Assembly (NCBI GenBank): GCA_013359335.1 | Contig: JABWBZ010000002.1 | Span: 1 to 40,717, forward strand | From: a bacterium | Lineage (GTDB): Bacteria > CLD3 > SB21 | Reading direction: 5' to 3' | Length of the DNA stretch: 40,717 nt | Part shown: positions 9,307 through 18,905 of the stretch, piece by piece | How the letters are laid out: each line of letters starts with the position of its first letter | How positions within the stretch are numbered: position 1 is the first letter of the stretch | The notes under the pieces: generated by a model | What the model saw: the letters and a program-made list of their open reading frames with translations, nothing else | Database searches by the model: none | What the model was told of the DNA's origin: nothing | Position numbers and translations under genes: made by a program

Positions 9307-10869
9307 TCATCGATTATCGGAAAACTTTTTCGCCTCAGGAAAAAACTTCATCGATTCGCTGACGACATTATCCGATTGCACGCGGACCAGCGCCGCTTCA
9401 TTATTGCCCCAGATATACCGAGCTACTTCGGCTTTGATGATGTTTTTCATGTCGGTTTTATCTTTTTGGAATGAAGTTTCGTCAAACGGAATGCCTTTGC
9501 CGTCGCCCATCTTGACCATTTCCTGCAGTTCGCTGTCGGACAGTTCAAACGACGAAAGGAATTTAGTCATATTGGATTTAAACTGATCGCGCAGTTGCGG
9601 TCCTTTTCTTTCGAGATAAACATTCGTGAATTCGCGAAAAACGCCGCGGCTCAATAATTTCACATAATAAGCCGAAATGGTATCGTTGTCCACGTGGTAA
9701 TCGGGAACGATTCCTCCGCCGCCAAAAACCTTACGGCCCATGCCCGTGTAATAGACCTTGGTTGAGTCCGTGTGAAGCGTATCTAATCGCGCTTCGGCGT
9801 AATAGTCTTCCAGCGATTTGCCGTCGTACGGCCGTTGAATCAACCGGCCACTCGGCGTGTAGTATCGGGCGGTCGTGACGCGAACCGCCGAACCGTCGTT
9901 CAATTCATATTGCTGCTGCACAAGTCCCTTTCCGAAACTGCGCTCACCCACCACGATACCGCGATCAAGATCCTGAATCGCCCCGGACACAATTTCAGAC
10001 GCCGACGCCGAGCCGCGATTGATCAGTACGATCAACGGCATTTTGCGATAATTCGGTTTGGAATTGGATAAATATTCTTTAGACGAATTGGGAATCCGTC
10101 CCAGCGTGTACACGATTTTTTTGCCGCCCGGCAAAAATTTATCCGTTATCGCAAATGCCTGATCCAGATAACCACCGCCGTTATTGCGCAGATCGAGAAT
10201 CAACTGCTGCATGCCTTTGGCTTCGAGTTCCTGAAGCGCCTGCTCAATTTCGTCAGCCGTTGTTTCGGCAAATTTATTAAAACGTATGTATCCCGTTTTA
10301 TTATCCAGCATAAATTTCGCGTCGACGCTGTAGAGAGGAATTTTATCGCGCACGACGTCAAATTCAAGCAAGTCGTTCATACCCGGGCGTTCGATCGTAA
10401 GGTGAACGCTGGTTCCTTTCGGGCCGCGCAATTTCGAAAACACTTCTTCATTGGTAATGCCTTTGGTCGCCACATTGTTGATCTTGATAATTTTATCGCC
10501 GGCCAATAATCCGACGCGCTCTGACGGCGTGCCCGGCACCGGCGTGACCACTGTGAGAACGCCGTTGACGATTTCAAATTGAATACCGATACCTTCGAAA
10601 TTGCCCTGAAATTCTTCGCGCACCGTTTTCATTTCTTTCGGCGGAATATAAACGGAGTGCGGATCCAATCCTTTCAGAGCGCCGATAATCGCATCATCCA
10701 CCAACTTTCCCTGATCGACATCCTCGACGTAGGTTTGTGAAATCAGATCGAGCACTTTCTGAAGTTTGATAATGTTTTTGTAAGTATTTTGCGCGGTGTC
10801 GGTGAAACCGGCCAACGCAACCACTACAACCACGATCAGCATAATGGGTAATATGAATTTTCTTTTCAT
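9307..10869 (-). CDS. S41-family carboxyl-terminal processing peptidase (Ctp/Prc-like)
   Basis: Signal/anchor MKRKFILPIMLIVVVVVALAG, PDZ segment GLLAGDKIIKIN, catalytic Ser in RGSASASEI, catalytic Lys in GERSFGKG. Confidence 0.9.
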   Translation of the reverse strand: MKRKFILPIMLIVVVVVALAGFTDTAQNTYKNIIKLQKVLDLISQTYVEDVDQGKLVDDAIIGALKGLDPHSVYIPPKEMKTVREEFQGNFEGIGIQFEIVNGVLTVVTPVPGTPSERVGLLAGDKIIKINNVATKGITNEEVFSKLRGPKGTSVHLTIERPGMNDLLEFDVVRDKIPLYSVDAKFMLDNKTGYIRFNKFAETTADEIEQALQELEAKGMQQLILDLRNNGGGYLDQAFAITDKFLPGGKKIVYTLGRIPNSSKEYLSNSKPNYRKMPLIVLINRGSASASEIVSGAIQDLDRGIVVGERSFGKGLVQQQYELNDGSAVRVTTARYYTPSGRLIQRPYDGKSLEDYYAEARLDTLHTDSTKVYYTGMGRKVFGGGGIVPDYHVDNDTISAYYVKLLSRGVFREFTNVYLERKGPQLRDQFKSNMTKFLSSFELSDSELQEMVKMGDGKGIPFDETSFQKDKTDMKNIIKAEVARYIWGNNEAALVRVQSDNVVSESMKFFPEAKKFSDNR

Positions 10870-10879
10870 TCAAAACCTC

Positions 10880-13057
10880 CTAAATCTCACGTGATAAAGA
10901 GAGTTGTATATTAAGTTTCCATCGTTCGCCTGAATTAAGCCTGAGATTCCAAAACGGAATAATGCATGAGCCTTGATACACACGCTCAAATCCTTCTTCG
11001 GATAATGAGATCGTTTCAACCGGATATCGCCACACCCGGGTTTCACGGTCATAATTTAATTGAATATTGATTCTTTGCCAGCCGTCAACCAATCCCATTC
11101 GTTCGACGTGTTCCCATTCGCCTTTTGAACGTAATTTTTTGTCCGTGACATTCACGCCATCTGCATAATAATACCGATCGTCCGCATCGCCGGCCAGCAA
11201 GGTCAAATTGATTTCGGTTCCGAAAAAAGTATTGAGGATTTTGCCGCTGGCATTCATGATTTCATACGCAACGTTGAGAATGCTTGTTCCCGGTTCAACT
11301 GTATAAATTTTCGACAGATTAACATCTTGATCGCCCATACGTATGGCCGATGTGTATCGAACCGACAACGTTTTTTCTTTTTTCAAAATATCCGACGCAC
11401 AAGGCCCATACATGGTTACAATATTTTCCCGTTCGTTTTTATAAAAACAATCGAGCGTCACGTCGTCATTCCAAAACGAATCTATGAATGAATGACGCCG
11501 GTATGAATCATTGATCAAAAGTTCGTGTAAATTTTTTTCTTTTGAAAGAACCAAATCATGGATGCTGGCTATTTCTCCGGAATCATTTTCTTTTGTTTCG
11601 GTTTTCTTCGCTTCTTCCTGCCGGTGAAATTCAATCAATTTTTCATGATACCCTTCTTCGCGCCGCATCAGCACGTCCGCCAGGTTCATGGGAATTTCTT
11701 TATAATCTAATTCAAACAAGGTTCCGCCGCGTTCTGAGTCAAAGAAAACATTCAGCTTCGGCGTTTCAATCAGAATTTCCTGACTACCATCCGCGTCAAA
11801 ATCCGTTTGCTCGACCGTATGCCACGCTATCGAGGATCCGTGATCGATCACATCAAGAAATTTTTCAGCAAGCAACATTTCCTTATATAAAGCATAACGG
11901 ATATTGTTCAGATAAATTCCGCCAAAGACGCCGTGCCAGTAGGGACAATTGCACTGCGACGCCCATAAATGATTTTGAGCGGTGTGGATCATATCGGCAA
12001 TTTCTTCGTCGTCCGGATTCGCCGGTGCCTGAAGTTGGTGCAGACGCCGGCTGATCCGCAGCATTTTTTTGTGCATACGGTTAGCCTCCGGATACTTGAC
12101 GAAAAAATTTCTCCAAAAACCACCGCGAACAAAAATACCATACTGATCGATCAGTTTATTTTGCTTCAAATCATTTTCAAACTGCTCGTAATCCCGATAA
12201 CTTTTTACCGGCAACGCCCAGTGCTGCATTTCACTGTATGAGGCCGTCGGAAGATACACGGTTCCCAACGGTTTGATTGTTTCAATCGCTTCCGAAAAAT
12301 GAATAATGCGGATCCAGTCGGAATTTTTTTCAAGCAACGAAAAAAATTTTTCAAGCCATTGGTTAGTATAAACATGTTCGTAAGTTCCGGGCCAGATGCC
12401 GAATTTCTCGCCATCGTCGGCAAAAACAGCCAGCGCATTTCCGTCTTCCGTCGCATGTTCACGCAGATAGGCTATTGTTTTCTCAGGATCCTGAAACGGT
12501 ATCGTATATCGTAATTTTTTACTGATCGGAAACAAATTGACTGAAAATCCCAACTCTTCCGTCACGTAATAGCCGAATAACTCGTTTTCCTGCAATCCGG
12601 CATATTGAAAGTGCGTGTCATCCAAGATCGTATAGCGCATGCCGGCTTCGGCCAATGTTTGAGGCAAATGCGGCTCCCACACGCGTTCGGCCATCCACGT
12701 CCCGCGTGGAATGACGCCGATTTTTTCGTGAATGAATCGATTTAATTTTTCAATTTGTCCGAGTTTATCATAATCGGGTATGACCGGCATGATCGGCTCA
12801 TAAAACCCTCCACCGATCATTTCAATCTGTCCGCGATCAGCCAGCAGCCGCAACTCGTCGATCAATTCCGGATACGTACGGTCGATCCAATCGAAAATGA
12901 TGCCGGTGTAATGCATACCGATTTTGACCGACGGAAATAGTTTCAGAATTTCCAAAAAAGGTTTGTACGCTTTCGCGTACGCTTCTTCGAAGACAAAATC
13001 AAAATTGCCTACCGGCTGATGATTGTGAATGCCGAGCGCCAAATTGATAGTTTTCAT
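10880..13057 (-). CDS. Glycoside hydrolase family 57 alpha-glucan enzyme (amylase / 4-alpha-glucanotransferase type)
   Basis: 725 aa. N-terminal GIHNHQPVGNF, WMAERVWEP (nucleophile Glu region) and ADDGEKFG (acid/base Asp region) are GH57 hallmarks. Long C-terminal extension as in DUF1925/DUF1926-containing GH57 enzymes. Confidence 0.85.
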   Translation of the reverse strand: MKTINLALGIHNHQPVGNFDFVFEEAYAKAYKPFLEILKLFPSVKIGMHYTGIIFDWIDRTYPELIDELRLLADRGQIEMIGGGFYEPIMPVIPDYDKLGQIEKLNRFIHEKIGVIPRGTWMAERVWEPHLPQTLAEAGMRYTILDDTHFQYAGLQENELFGYYVTEELGFSVNLFPISKKLRYTIPFQDPEKTIAYLREHATEDGNALAVFADDGEKFGIWPGTYEHVYTNQWLEKFFSLLEKNSDWIRIIHFSEAIETIKPLGTVYLPTASYSEMQHWALPVKSYRDYEQFENDLKQNKLIDQYGIFVRGGFWRNFFVKYPEANRMHKKMLRISRRLHQLQAPANPDDEEIADMIHTAQNHLWASQCNCPYWHGVFGGIYLNNIRYALYKEMLLAEKFLDVIDHGSSIAWHTVEQTDFDADGSQEILIETPKLNVFFDSERGGTLFELDYKEIPMNLADVLMRREEGYHEKLIEFHRQEEAKKTETKENDSGEIASIHDLVLSKEKNLHELLINDSYRRHSFIDSFWNDDVTLDCFYKNERENIVTMYGPCASDILKKEKTLSVRYTSAIRMGDQDVNLSKIYTVEPGTSILNVAYEIMNASGKILNTFFGTEINLTLLAGDADDRYYYADGVNVTDKKLRSKGEWEHVERMGLVDGWQRINIQLNYDRETRVWRYPVETISLSEEGFERVYQGSCIIPFWNLRLNSGERWKLNIQLSLSREI

Positions 13058-13060
13058 AAA

Positions 13061-13981
13061 TTACTCTACGATAGCTTGAACAAAATCGTGCGCGTGAAAT
13101 TCTTCGAGGTCATCAATGCCTTCGCCTATTCCGATGTAATACACGGGAATTTTTAATTCCTGCTGAATCGCCAGAACGACGCCGCCTTTGGCCGTTCCGT
13201 CGAGTTTCGTCAATACCAATCCCGTAATCTTGACGGCTTGCGAAAACTGCTTCGCCTGCTGAATGGCGTTTTGTCCGGTCGTGCCGTCAAGCACTAGCAG
13301 CGTTTCATGCGGCGCTTCAGGAATTTGTTTTTGAATCACCCGATAAATTTTTTTCAATTCTTCCATTAGATTAACTTTGGTATGCAGACGGCCGGCGGTA
13401 TCGATCAAGACGACGTCGGATTGTTTGGCTTTGGCTGAAGCGAGCGCATCGAAGACCAGCGCGGCCGGATCGGCGCCTTCTTTTTGCCGAACAATTTCGA
13501 CGGATGAACGTTGCGCCCAAATTTCCAATTGTCCGCCCGCCGCAGCGCGAAACGTGTCGCCGGCAGCCAGCAATATTTTTTTCCCTTGTTGCGTGTAGCG
13601 GTGCGCGAGTTTACCGATGGTCGTCGTTTTGCCCGTTCCATTGACGCCGACGATCAGTATGACAAAAGGTGTCACACCGTCCATTTTTTTTTCGACATGC
13701 ACGCCTTCGATCGGAACGATCAGTTTTTCCATTTCTTCTTCAAGCATGTGAAAAAGTAGTTCCGGCTTTTCCGGCTTTTCTTTTTTGAAGCGCTGCTGAA
13801 GCGATTGTACGATTTTTTGAGTCGTCGACACGCCGAGGTCGGCCGTGATCAGAATTTCTTCGATTTTTTCTAAAGTCGTCTCATCGATTTTTGCGCCGCT
13901 TTGCAGAATACCGGCAATCCTACCGAAAATATTTTCACGGGTCTTAACCAGACGTTGTTTTAATTTATCGAGAATAGACAT
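13061..13981 (-). CDS. ftsY: Signal recognition particle receptor FtsY
   Basis: NG domain with GVNGTGKTTTIGK (G1), DTAGR (G3), TKLDGTAKGG (G4). 306 aa with no acidic A-domain. Confidence 0.95.
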   Translation of the reverse strand: MSILDKLKQRLVKTRENIFGRIAGILQSGAKIDETTLEKIEEILITADLGVSTTQKIVQSLQQRFKKEKPEKPELLFHMLEEEMEKLIVPIEGVHVEKKMDGVTPFVILIVGVNGTGKTTTIGKLAHRYTQQGKKILLAAGDTFRAAAGGQLEIWAQRSSVEIVRQKEGADPAALVFDALASAKAKQSDVVLIDTAGRLHTKVNLMEELKKIYRVIQKQIPEAPHETLLVLDGTTGQNAIQQAKQFSQAVKITGLVLTKLDGTAKGGVVLAIQQELKIPVYYIGIGEGIDDLEEFHAHDFVQAIVE

Positions 13982-13990
13982 AATTAAACC

Positions 13991-14383
13991 CTATGCTTTT
14001 AATCTGAATACTAACGTATAGACGTGCACTACAACGATTCCAATGGAATCGGCCAGAAAATCCAGCATTTCCGAAGCGCGGTTTGGCACGTACATTTGAT
14101 GAATTTCATCCGAAGCGGCATACATTATACAAAAAATAAAGCTCATCGTCCAACCCCACCGTAGCGATTTCGATTTAACAGCGCCGTAATGTCTGAAGGC
14201 GATAAATGAAAATACCGCAAGAATTCCGAATACGCCGCTGTGAATCAATTTATCCGCCGACCATTTTCCGAGATCGGGTAACGAGGTACCCTGAATGGAC
14301 GACGCAATAAAAATCACCATCGCCCAAGCGACAGCCGGCATAATATATTTAAATTGAAGCGATTTTTCGCCTGGAATTTCCAT
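13991..14383 (-). CDS. VanZ-like family membrane protein
   Basis: 130 aa with 4 TM helices. Contains the VanZ-type motifs DKLIHSGVF and SDEIHQMYVPNRASEMLDFLADSIG. Confidence 0.7.
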   Translation of the reverse strand: MEIPGEKSLQFKYIMPAVAWAMVIFIASSIQGTSLPDLGKWSADKLIHSGVFGILAVFSFIAFRHYGAVKSKSLRWGWTMSFIFCIMYAASDEIHQMYVPNRASEMLDFLADSIGIVVVHVYTLVFRLKA

Positions 14384-14388
14384 GAATT

Positions 14389-16806
14389 TTAAAACGCCTG
14401 TCCCAAGGTGACCTGAATGCCGATGCGTGAAATTTGTTTCGCGCCGGCTTTGGAAATTCTTCTGACAACTCCCGATTCATCTTTGACTTTCATTTTCGCC
14501 GGATCGGCGAGCTTGTATCCGACGTCGATCCGGAAAGGCCCCACGAGCGTACGGATGCGCATTCCCGCGCCGACCGATGCGGCAATTTTTCTTGGCAATC
14601 CCCGCGGTTTATTTTTGAAATTGTACTCCGTCCAGACGTTACCGACGTCGAGAAACGTGGCGAGGTCCATGCCGGTAATCGCTTCGCTCGGATCGCGCGA
14701 CACATATAAATTATACCGAAATTCTATTCCGCCTTCGATGATACTGTTGCCGCCGATGAATTTAAGAGCGCTTGAAACTTCTCCGTTAATATTGGTTGTA
14801 TCTTCTTCGATGATGCCCAGTTCTTTGATGCCCCATCCACGAACGCTATTCGGGCCGCCTGCGTAAAACTGCTCGCTGACCGGGATCGTCGTTTCTTGTC
14901 CGTTGGTGCGGTAAGGAATGGCCGATCCGGCGCGCGCGCGCACCGCCACGCTCAAGCGTTCGCTCAAACCGAAATACCGCCGGTTGTCCCAATTCAGTTT
15001 GATGTATTTCAAATCGGACGGCAGCGTGAAGCCGGCAAAATCCGTATTGGCATAAATTAAAAAACCCGTCGTTGGAAAGAAAAAATCGTTGCTGCTGTTA
15101 TACGTAATTCCGAACTTTTGATTGGTCGTAAAAAATGTTCGCGTCGAATCGCCGGCATAATCTTTTTCCAAAACCCGCGTAAACGAAAACGGCGTCAGAT
15201 TGGCGCTGAATTCACGTGTAAATTGCCGCACAAATGTCGGAGACGCATCGAATTTTTTGACGTCGAACGCGGCGGTGTTATTACGCTCAAACGAAAACGT
15301 CGTAATCAGATCGTTGTCCGCGTCGCGCGTCAGCGGCAATTTAAACGCCGGCTGGCGAAAGGTAATTTTAGTCTGCATATAATTGGCGAAAAATATTCCG
15401 TTAGTCTGGAAACCTTTGCTGATAATTCCTGAAATCTGAAGTTTCCGCGCGCCGCCATAAAAATTTTTACTTTGCCATGAAATCTGAAACGTCATGAACG
15501 GCAGCGTACTTAGTCCTTTCTTTTTTTCCGATTCCGGACGGTCAATAAAATCGGTTGTAAACCCGACGCCCGGTTTGATGCTGCGTTCCTTCCGTTCGGC
15601 CACGCTGATATTCACCGCCATCGTATCCACGCTCACGCCGTAGGAACGCAGCGGAACTTTATGCAGCAGCCGATTTCCGGATTTTTCTTTCACCGAATCG
15701 ATTTCGAATTTGTCCAAAACCCAGGTCGAATCCAATTTTCCTTTTTTCAAATGCGTCAGCGGTTTCACCGATCGAAAAACTCCTAGTCCATTGATCTGGC
15801 CGATACTGAGCGCCAATTGATCGGGATTAAAAGGACGGTTTGCTTTGTACCGCACTTTTCGCAGTATGACTTTATCTTCGACTATATTTTTGGTTGTATC
15901 GGCGGTTTGACTATTACCATTTTTATAATAATTACCGGAGATTGTTGTTTTGCCGAATACCGTATAACGTCCCGGAACCACCATGTATTCAATACTGGCT
16001 TTGTAACGGCCATGCGACACGGTATCGATCGTTTCGCTCACGTCGGCGGAAGGATAGCCGTTCTGTGCGAAAATTTTCTGAATCGTCGCTTTCGATAGTT
16101 CTATATTATCGCGCCCGATCGGATCACCTTTTTGCGTCAGCAGTTGCGGAACGATTTCTTCTTCGTTCAGCTTGTCTTTGAAGTCAACGAGAGGTTGCGT
16201 CGATACAATTTTGATCTTCGGCGTTTCCGCCAAAGTGGTCGGCTTACCTTCCTGGATATAAATGTGAATCGTCATGTATTCACGGTCGTCCGAAAATTCG
16301 GCCCGATAACGGACTATGCGCGATTCGAAATAACCTTTGTTTTCGTAAAGCGAACGGATGCGACGCATGTCGCTGTTGAGCGTATACTTATCAAAAAAAA
16401 GTCTGTTGGCTCCCCATGCCAGATCATAAAAACTCAAACTGGCCACGCGGACAATAAAATTGGCCAACCACGATCCGATTTTTTTGGCCGTGCCGAGTTC
16501 GCGTTCCTCTTCTTCTCCGATTTTTAATGCAAGATTCAGCGTCAGATCATCAAAGGCGTCGAGTCCTCCATCGACTTTTCCTTTTTCGGTTACTTTGTAA
16601 TAATAATAACGTTTGTTTTTGACAAACACGCTGTCTTCATACACCGGCAATGAATCGAGTTTGGAGCCAGTCGAATCGATATACGTTTTGTTAAAACGCA
16701 GGCGCGCTTGTGCCGCTGTTTGCGCTTGCAAAGGGAGGGCATGGGTTAAAATATACAAACCTAGAAGACCGGCGAATAACCGGCAAAAGCGGAAGGAGGC
16801 TGCCAT
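14389..16806 (-). CDS. Omp85/BamA-family outer membrane protein (POTRA + surface antigen D15 barrel)
   Basis: The ORF track starts at 16905, but that start overlaps the EutN gene. The internal ATG at 16806 gives a clean signal peptide (MAASFRFCRLFAGLLGLYILTHALPLQAQ). POTRA-like repeats, then a C-terminal beta-barrel ending ...GIQVTLGQAF (terminal Phe). Confidence 0.75.
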   Translation of the reverse strand: MAASFRFCRLFAGLLGLYILTHALPLQAQTAAQARLRFNKTYIDSTGSKLDSLPVYEDSVFVKNKRYYYYKVTEKGKVDGGLDAFDDLTLNLALKIGEEEERELGTAKKIGSWLANFIVRVASLSFYDLAWGANRLFFDKYTLNSDMRRIRSLYENKGYFESRIVRYRAEFSDDREYMTIHIYIQEGKPTTLAETPKIKIVSTQPLVDFKDKLNEEEIVPQLLTQKGDPIGRDNIELSKATIQKIFAQNGYPSADVSETIDTVSHGRYKASIEYMVVPGRYTVFGKTTISGNYYKNGNSQTADTTKNIVEDKVILRKVRYKANRPFNPDQLALSIGQINGLGVFRSVKPLTHLKKGKLDSTWVLDKFEIDSVKEKSGNRLLHKVPLRSYGVSVDTMAVNISVAERKERSIKPGVGFTTDFIDRPESEKKKGLSTLPFMTFQISWQSKNFYGGARKLQISGIISKGFQTNGIFFANYMQTKITFRQPAFKLPLTRDADNDLITTFSFERNNTAAFDVKKFDASPTFVRQFTREFSANLTPFSFTRVLEKDYAGDSTRTFFTTNQKFGITYNSSNDFFFPTTGFLIYANTDFAGFTLPSDLKYIKLNWDNRRYFGLSERLSVAVRARAGSAIPYRTNGQETTIPVSEQFYAGGPNSVRGWGIKELGIIEEDTTNINGEVSSALKFIGGNSIIEGGIEFRYNLYVSRDPSEAITGMDLATFLDVGNVWTEYNFKNKPRGLPRKIAASVGAGMRIRTLVGPFRIDVGYKLADPAKMKVKDESGVVRRISKAGAKQISRIGIQVTLGQAF

Positions 16807-16816
16807 GAATATACGC

Positions 16817-17152
16817 TTATTTTGGAGGTGCGGGAAATTCCTTGCGCAGTTTTTCGGTTTCAAGACCGTGGAGCAGTTTTTCGTCCACTTCGATTTCATC
16901 GACAATGCCGATGACCGCCGCCTCGATGGATAGTTCGTTGGGATGCTCGCTCAAAGCGCGCCGCGCTGCGTGGCCGTAGGAACAAATAACGAGTTCGCCG
17001 ATGCCGGCGCCAAGCGTGTCCGCCGCGACGATGACGTTGGTGTTCGGCGCTTTGTCGATATTCACGGGATGGATCATCAGAAATCGAAGCGATTTGACGT
17101 TGTCAACTTTTTTCGTCGCCCAAACTGTTCCTACAACCCGGCCTATAAACAT
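16817..17152 (-). CDS. EutN/CcmL-family protein (bacterial microcompartment vertex, BMC-P fold)
   Basis: 111 aa. MFIGRVVGTVWATKK..., LGAGIGELV, GHAARRAL and AAVIGIVDEI line up with E. coli EutN (MKLAVVTGQIVCTV..., IGAGTGEWV, GSSARQA, LCVIGIVDEV). ATG start, 16 nt after the upstream gene. Confidence 0.85.
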   Translation of the reverse strand: MFIGRVVGTVWATKKVDNVKSLRFLMIHPVNIDKAPNTNVIVAADTLGAGIGELVICSYGHAARRALSEHPNELSIEAAVIGIVDEIEVDEKLLHGLETEKLRKEFPAPPK

Positions 17153-17168
17153 GCTTTGGTTCTTTCCA

Positions 17169-18668
17169 TTAGTTTATCATCAAAAAAGCCGCCAACCCGC
17201 CCGCAAAACTGCATAAAATATTGACGCGATCGTTGGTTAAAAATTCAAATCCGCGCATGAGGCGTGCCGTTTCAGTGCAGTGAATATTTTTCTCAGTAAT
17301 TTTGTTGCACACGCGGCACCGGTATTGCGCTTGAAAAGTTGCTCCGAGCCAACTGTCAATCAAACTCCCGCACAAACCGGCCATCACAATCCACCAAAAA
17401 ATCAAAGTTTGAGAATTTATAAAATTATTGTAAAACATCCATCCGCTTGCTGCAATCACACCCGCACCCAATAAACTTCCGATCATGCCTTGCCACGAAA
17501 TGCCGCCGGAAGTTCCGGGCTCGACTTTTTTGAAATTCAGAATACTGCGCGTCGAACCATTAAAAAAAGTTCCGACTTCCGTTCCCCACGTATCGCTCGT
17601 GACCGCGGCGACGACGCCGAGATAGATCACGTACCATCGCGCTTCGGGATTATAATAACTCATGACGGCTGCCAATCCCGCCATTCCGCCGTTGGCCGCC
17701 ACTTGGCCCAAATCACGGGTGTGGCCTTTTTCAAAAATTTGCTCGAAATGTTCTTTACGTTGTTTGCCGATTTTGGACAATACGCTTGAGGTAACAAAAA
17801 ACAAAAGAATCGGCCACGCCCACTTCCAGCCACCGACGCCGAAAATAACAGTTCCCAATAAAAACGCTCCTGTCGATCCGCCCGCCGTCAAAAACCGGAG
17901 GCGATAAGATAGGATCGCCACCATAGCCGCGATCAGCATACTTGCAGTAAACTGCCATTGAATCGCCGGTTCGGCGTGCGTCATAAAACTGACCGTCATG
18001 GCTGTGACGATCGGAATGTTTAAGTTATCCGAACCCTGCGATGACATCGCTTCGACAACCGTGGCTAGAACAGCCGCGCATAAAGCAATTAACATCATTT
18101 CAAAGAACGTTCCGCGATAAAAACCGACGGCGTGAAGATAGTAAAAAGCCGCCAGAATCACAAGCAACGAAGTGAAAAACATAGCCGCGGTACCTTCGAC
18201 GGATTTGCGATCGCGGTACCATACAAAACTGTGCGGATGACGAACGCGCTCGCCGACGATTGCCGCGACCGCATCGCCCAGAGCGAGTACGGCCATCGCG
18301 ATCATAAACGCCGGCTTATCCTGATCCCAAAATACGATCGCGAGAATTGTAAACGATAACGGATAATAAACGGTGCCGTACGTTTTCCGCTCGGTAGCGT
18401 GCATCCCGCTCAGCCATTCAAAGCGGATAGCTAGAAAATTAAACACGGTAAAAAAACTTCCCAGGACAATGGCAGGAATTTTTGAATCAAGAAATACCGG
18501 TGAGAAAAAAACGAGGATACCCGTCGCCACGTGAATAATCTGCCGGGTCGTTTCGCCGGGCCAGCCGAAATATTTACGGATGCTTTCGCCGGTTACGACG
18601 ATCCCCGTCAAACCCAGCAATGCATAAAAAAAATGCACCCAATCGCCGGAAACCGAAAAAAAATCCAT
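17169..18668 (-). CDS. Fusion membrane protein: CTP-dependent prenol (phytol/dolichol) kinase-like domain + DUF92/TMEM19 (VTE6-like) domain
   Basis: 499 aa, polytopic. The N-terminal half has TTRQIIHVATG, LALGDAVAAIVGERV and RKSVEGTAAMF, which resemble VTE5/dolichol-kinase motifs. The C-terminal half has GGSTGAFLLGTVIFGVGG and TSDTWGTEVGTF, as in DUF92. A CxxC...HC insert (CRVCNKITEKNIHC) lies near the C-terminus. Confidence 0.7.
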   Translation of the reverse strand: MDFFSVSGDWVHFFYALLGLTGIVVTGESIRKYFGWPGETTRQIIHVATGILVFFSPVFLDSKIPAIVLGSFFTVFNFLAIRFEWLSGMHATERKTYGTVYYPLSFTILAIVFWDQDKPAFMIAMAVLALGDAVAAIVGERVRHPHSFVWYRDRKSVEGTAAMFFTSLLVILAAFYYLHAVGFYRGTFFEMMLIALCAAVLATVVEAMSSQGSDNLNIPIVTAMTVSFMTHAEPAIQWQFTASMLIAAMVAILSYRLRFLTAGGSTGAFLLGTVIFGVGGWKWAWPILLFFVTSSVLSKIGKQRKEHFEQIFEKGHTRDLGQVAANGGMAGLAAVMSYYNPEARWYVIYLGVVAAVTSDTWGTEVGTFFNGSTRSILNFKKVEPGTSGGISWQGMIGSLLGAGVIAASGWMFYNNFINSQTLIFWWIVMAGLCGSLIDSWLGATFQAQYRCRVCNKITEKNIHCTETARLMRGFEFLTNDRVNILCSFAGGLAAFLMIN

Positions 18669-18671
18669 GAA

Positions 18672-18893
18672 TCACGCTACGGTTTGCGCTTTGCGCCGTT
18701 CGGATAATTTAGGAAGAGGGACCCCGTCGTTATTCAGCACTTCGAAGGGGCATATTTCTACGCAGAAATTACACTCGGTACAATTTTGGTTAATGACACT
18801 CAGACGGACTTCGGAAAGTTCGAGCGCATCGAACGGGCATACGCCCACGCAGGCTCCGCACAGATCGCATTTATCGTAATTGATTTGAATCAT
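18672..18893 (-). CDS. 2x[4Fe-4S] ferredoxin
   Basis: 73 aa with two cluster motifs, CDLCGACVGVCP and CTECNFCVEICP. Confidence 0.85.
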   Translation of the reverse strand: MIQINYDKCDLCGACVGVCPFDALELSEVRLSVINQNCTECNFCVEICPFEVLNNDGVPLPKLSERRKAQTVA

Positions 18894-18905
18894 GACTTTC
18901 CTAAT

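Noticed and set aside
10870-11052. 60-aa ORF overlapping the 3' end of the GH57 gene in another frame.
   Set aside because: It lies almost entirely inside the well-supported GH57 coding sequence on the same strand and has no independent support.
16807-16905. N-terminal 33-codon extension of the Omp85/BamA-like ORF (track start 16905).
   Set aside because: The extension overlaps the 3' end of the EutN gene and has no signal-peptide character. The internal ATG at 16806 yields a canonical signal peptide immediately.
16817-17152. Interpreting the EutN/CcmL gene as evidence for a bacterial microcompartment locus in this window.
   Set aside because: No BMC-H or BMC-T shell genes, aldehyde dehydrogenase, RuBisCO or other signature enzymes occur anywhere in the 40.7 kb. 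Only the orphan status is reported.
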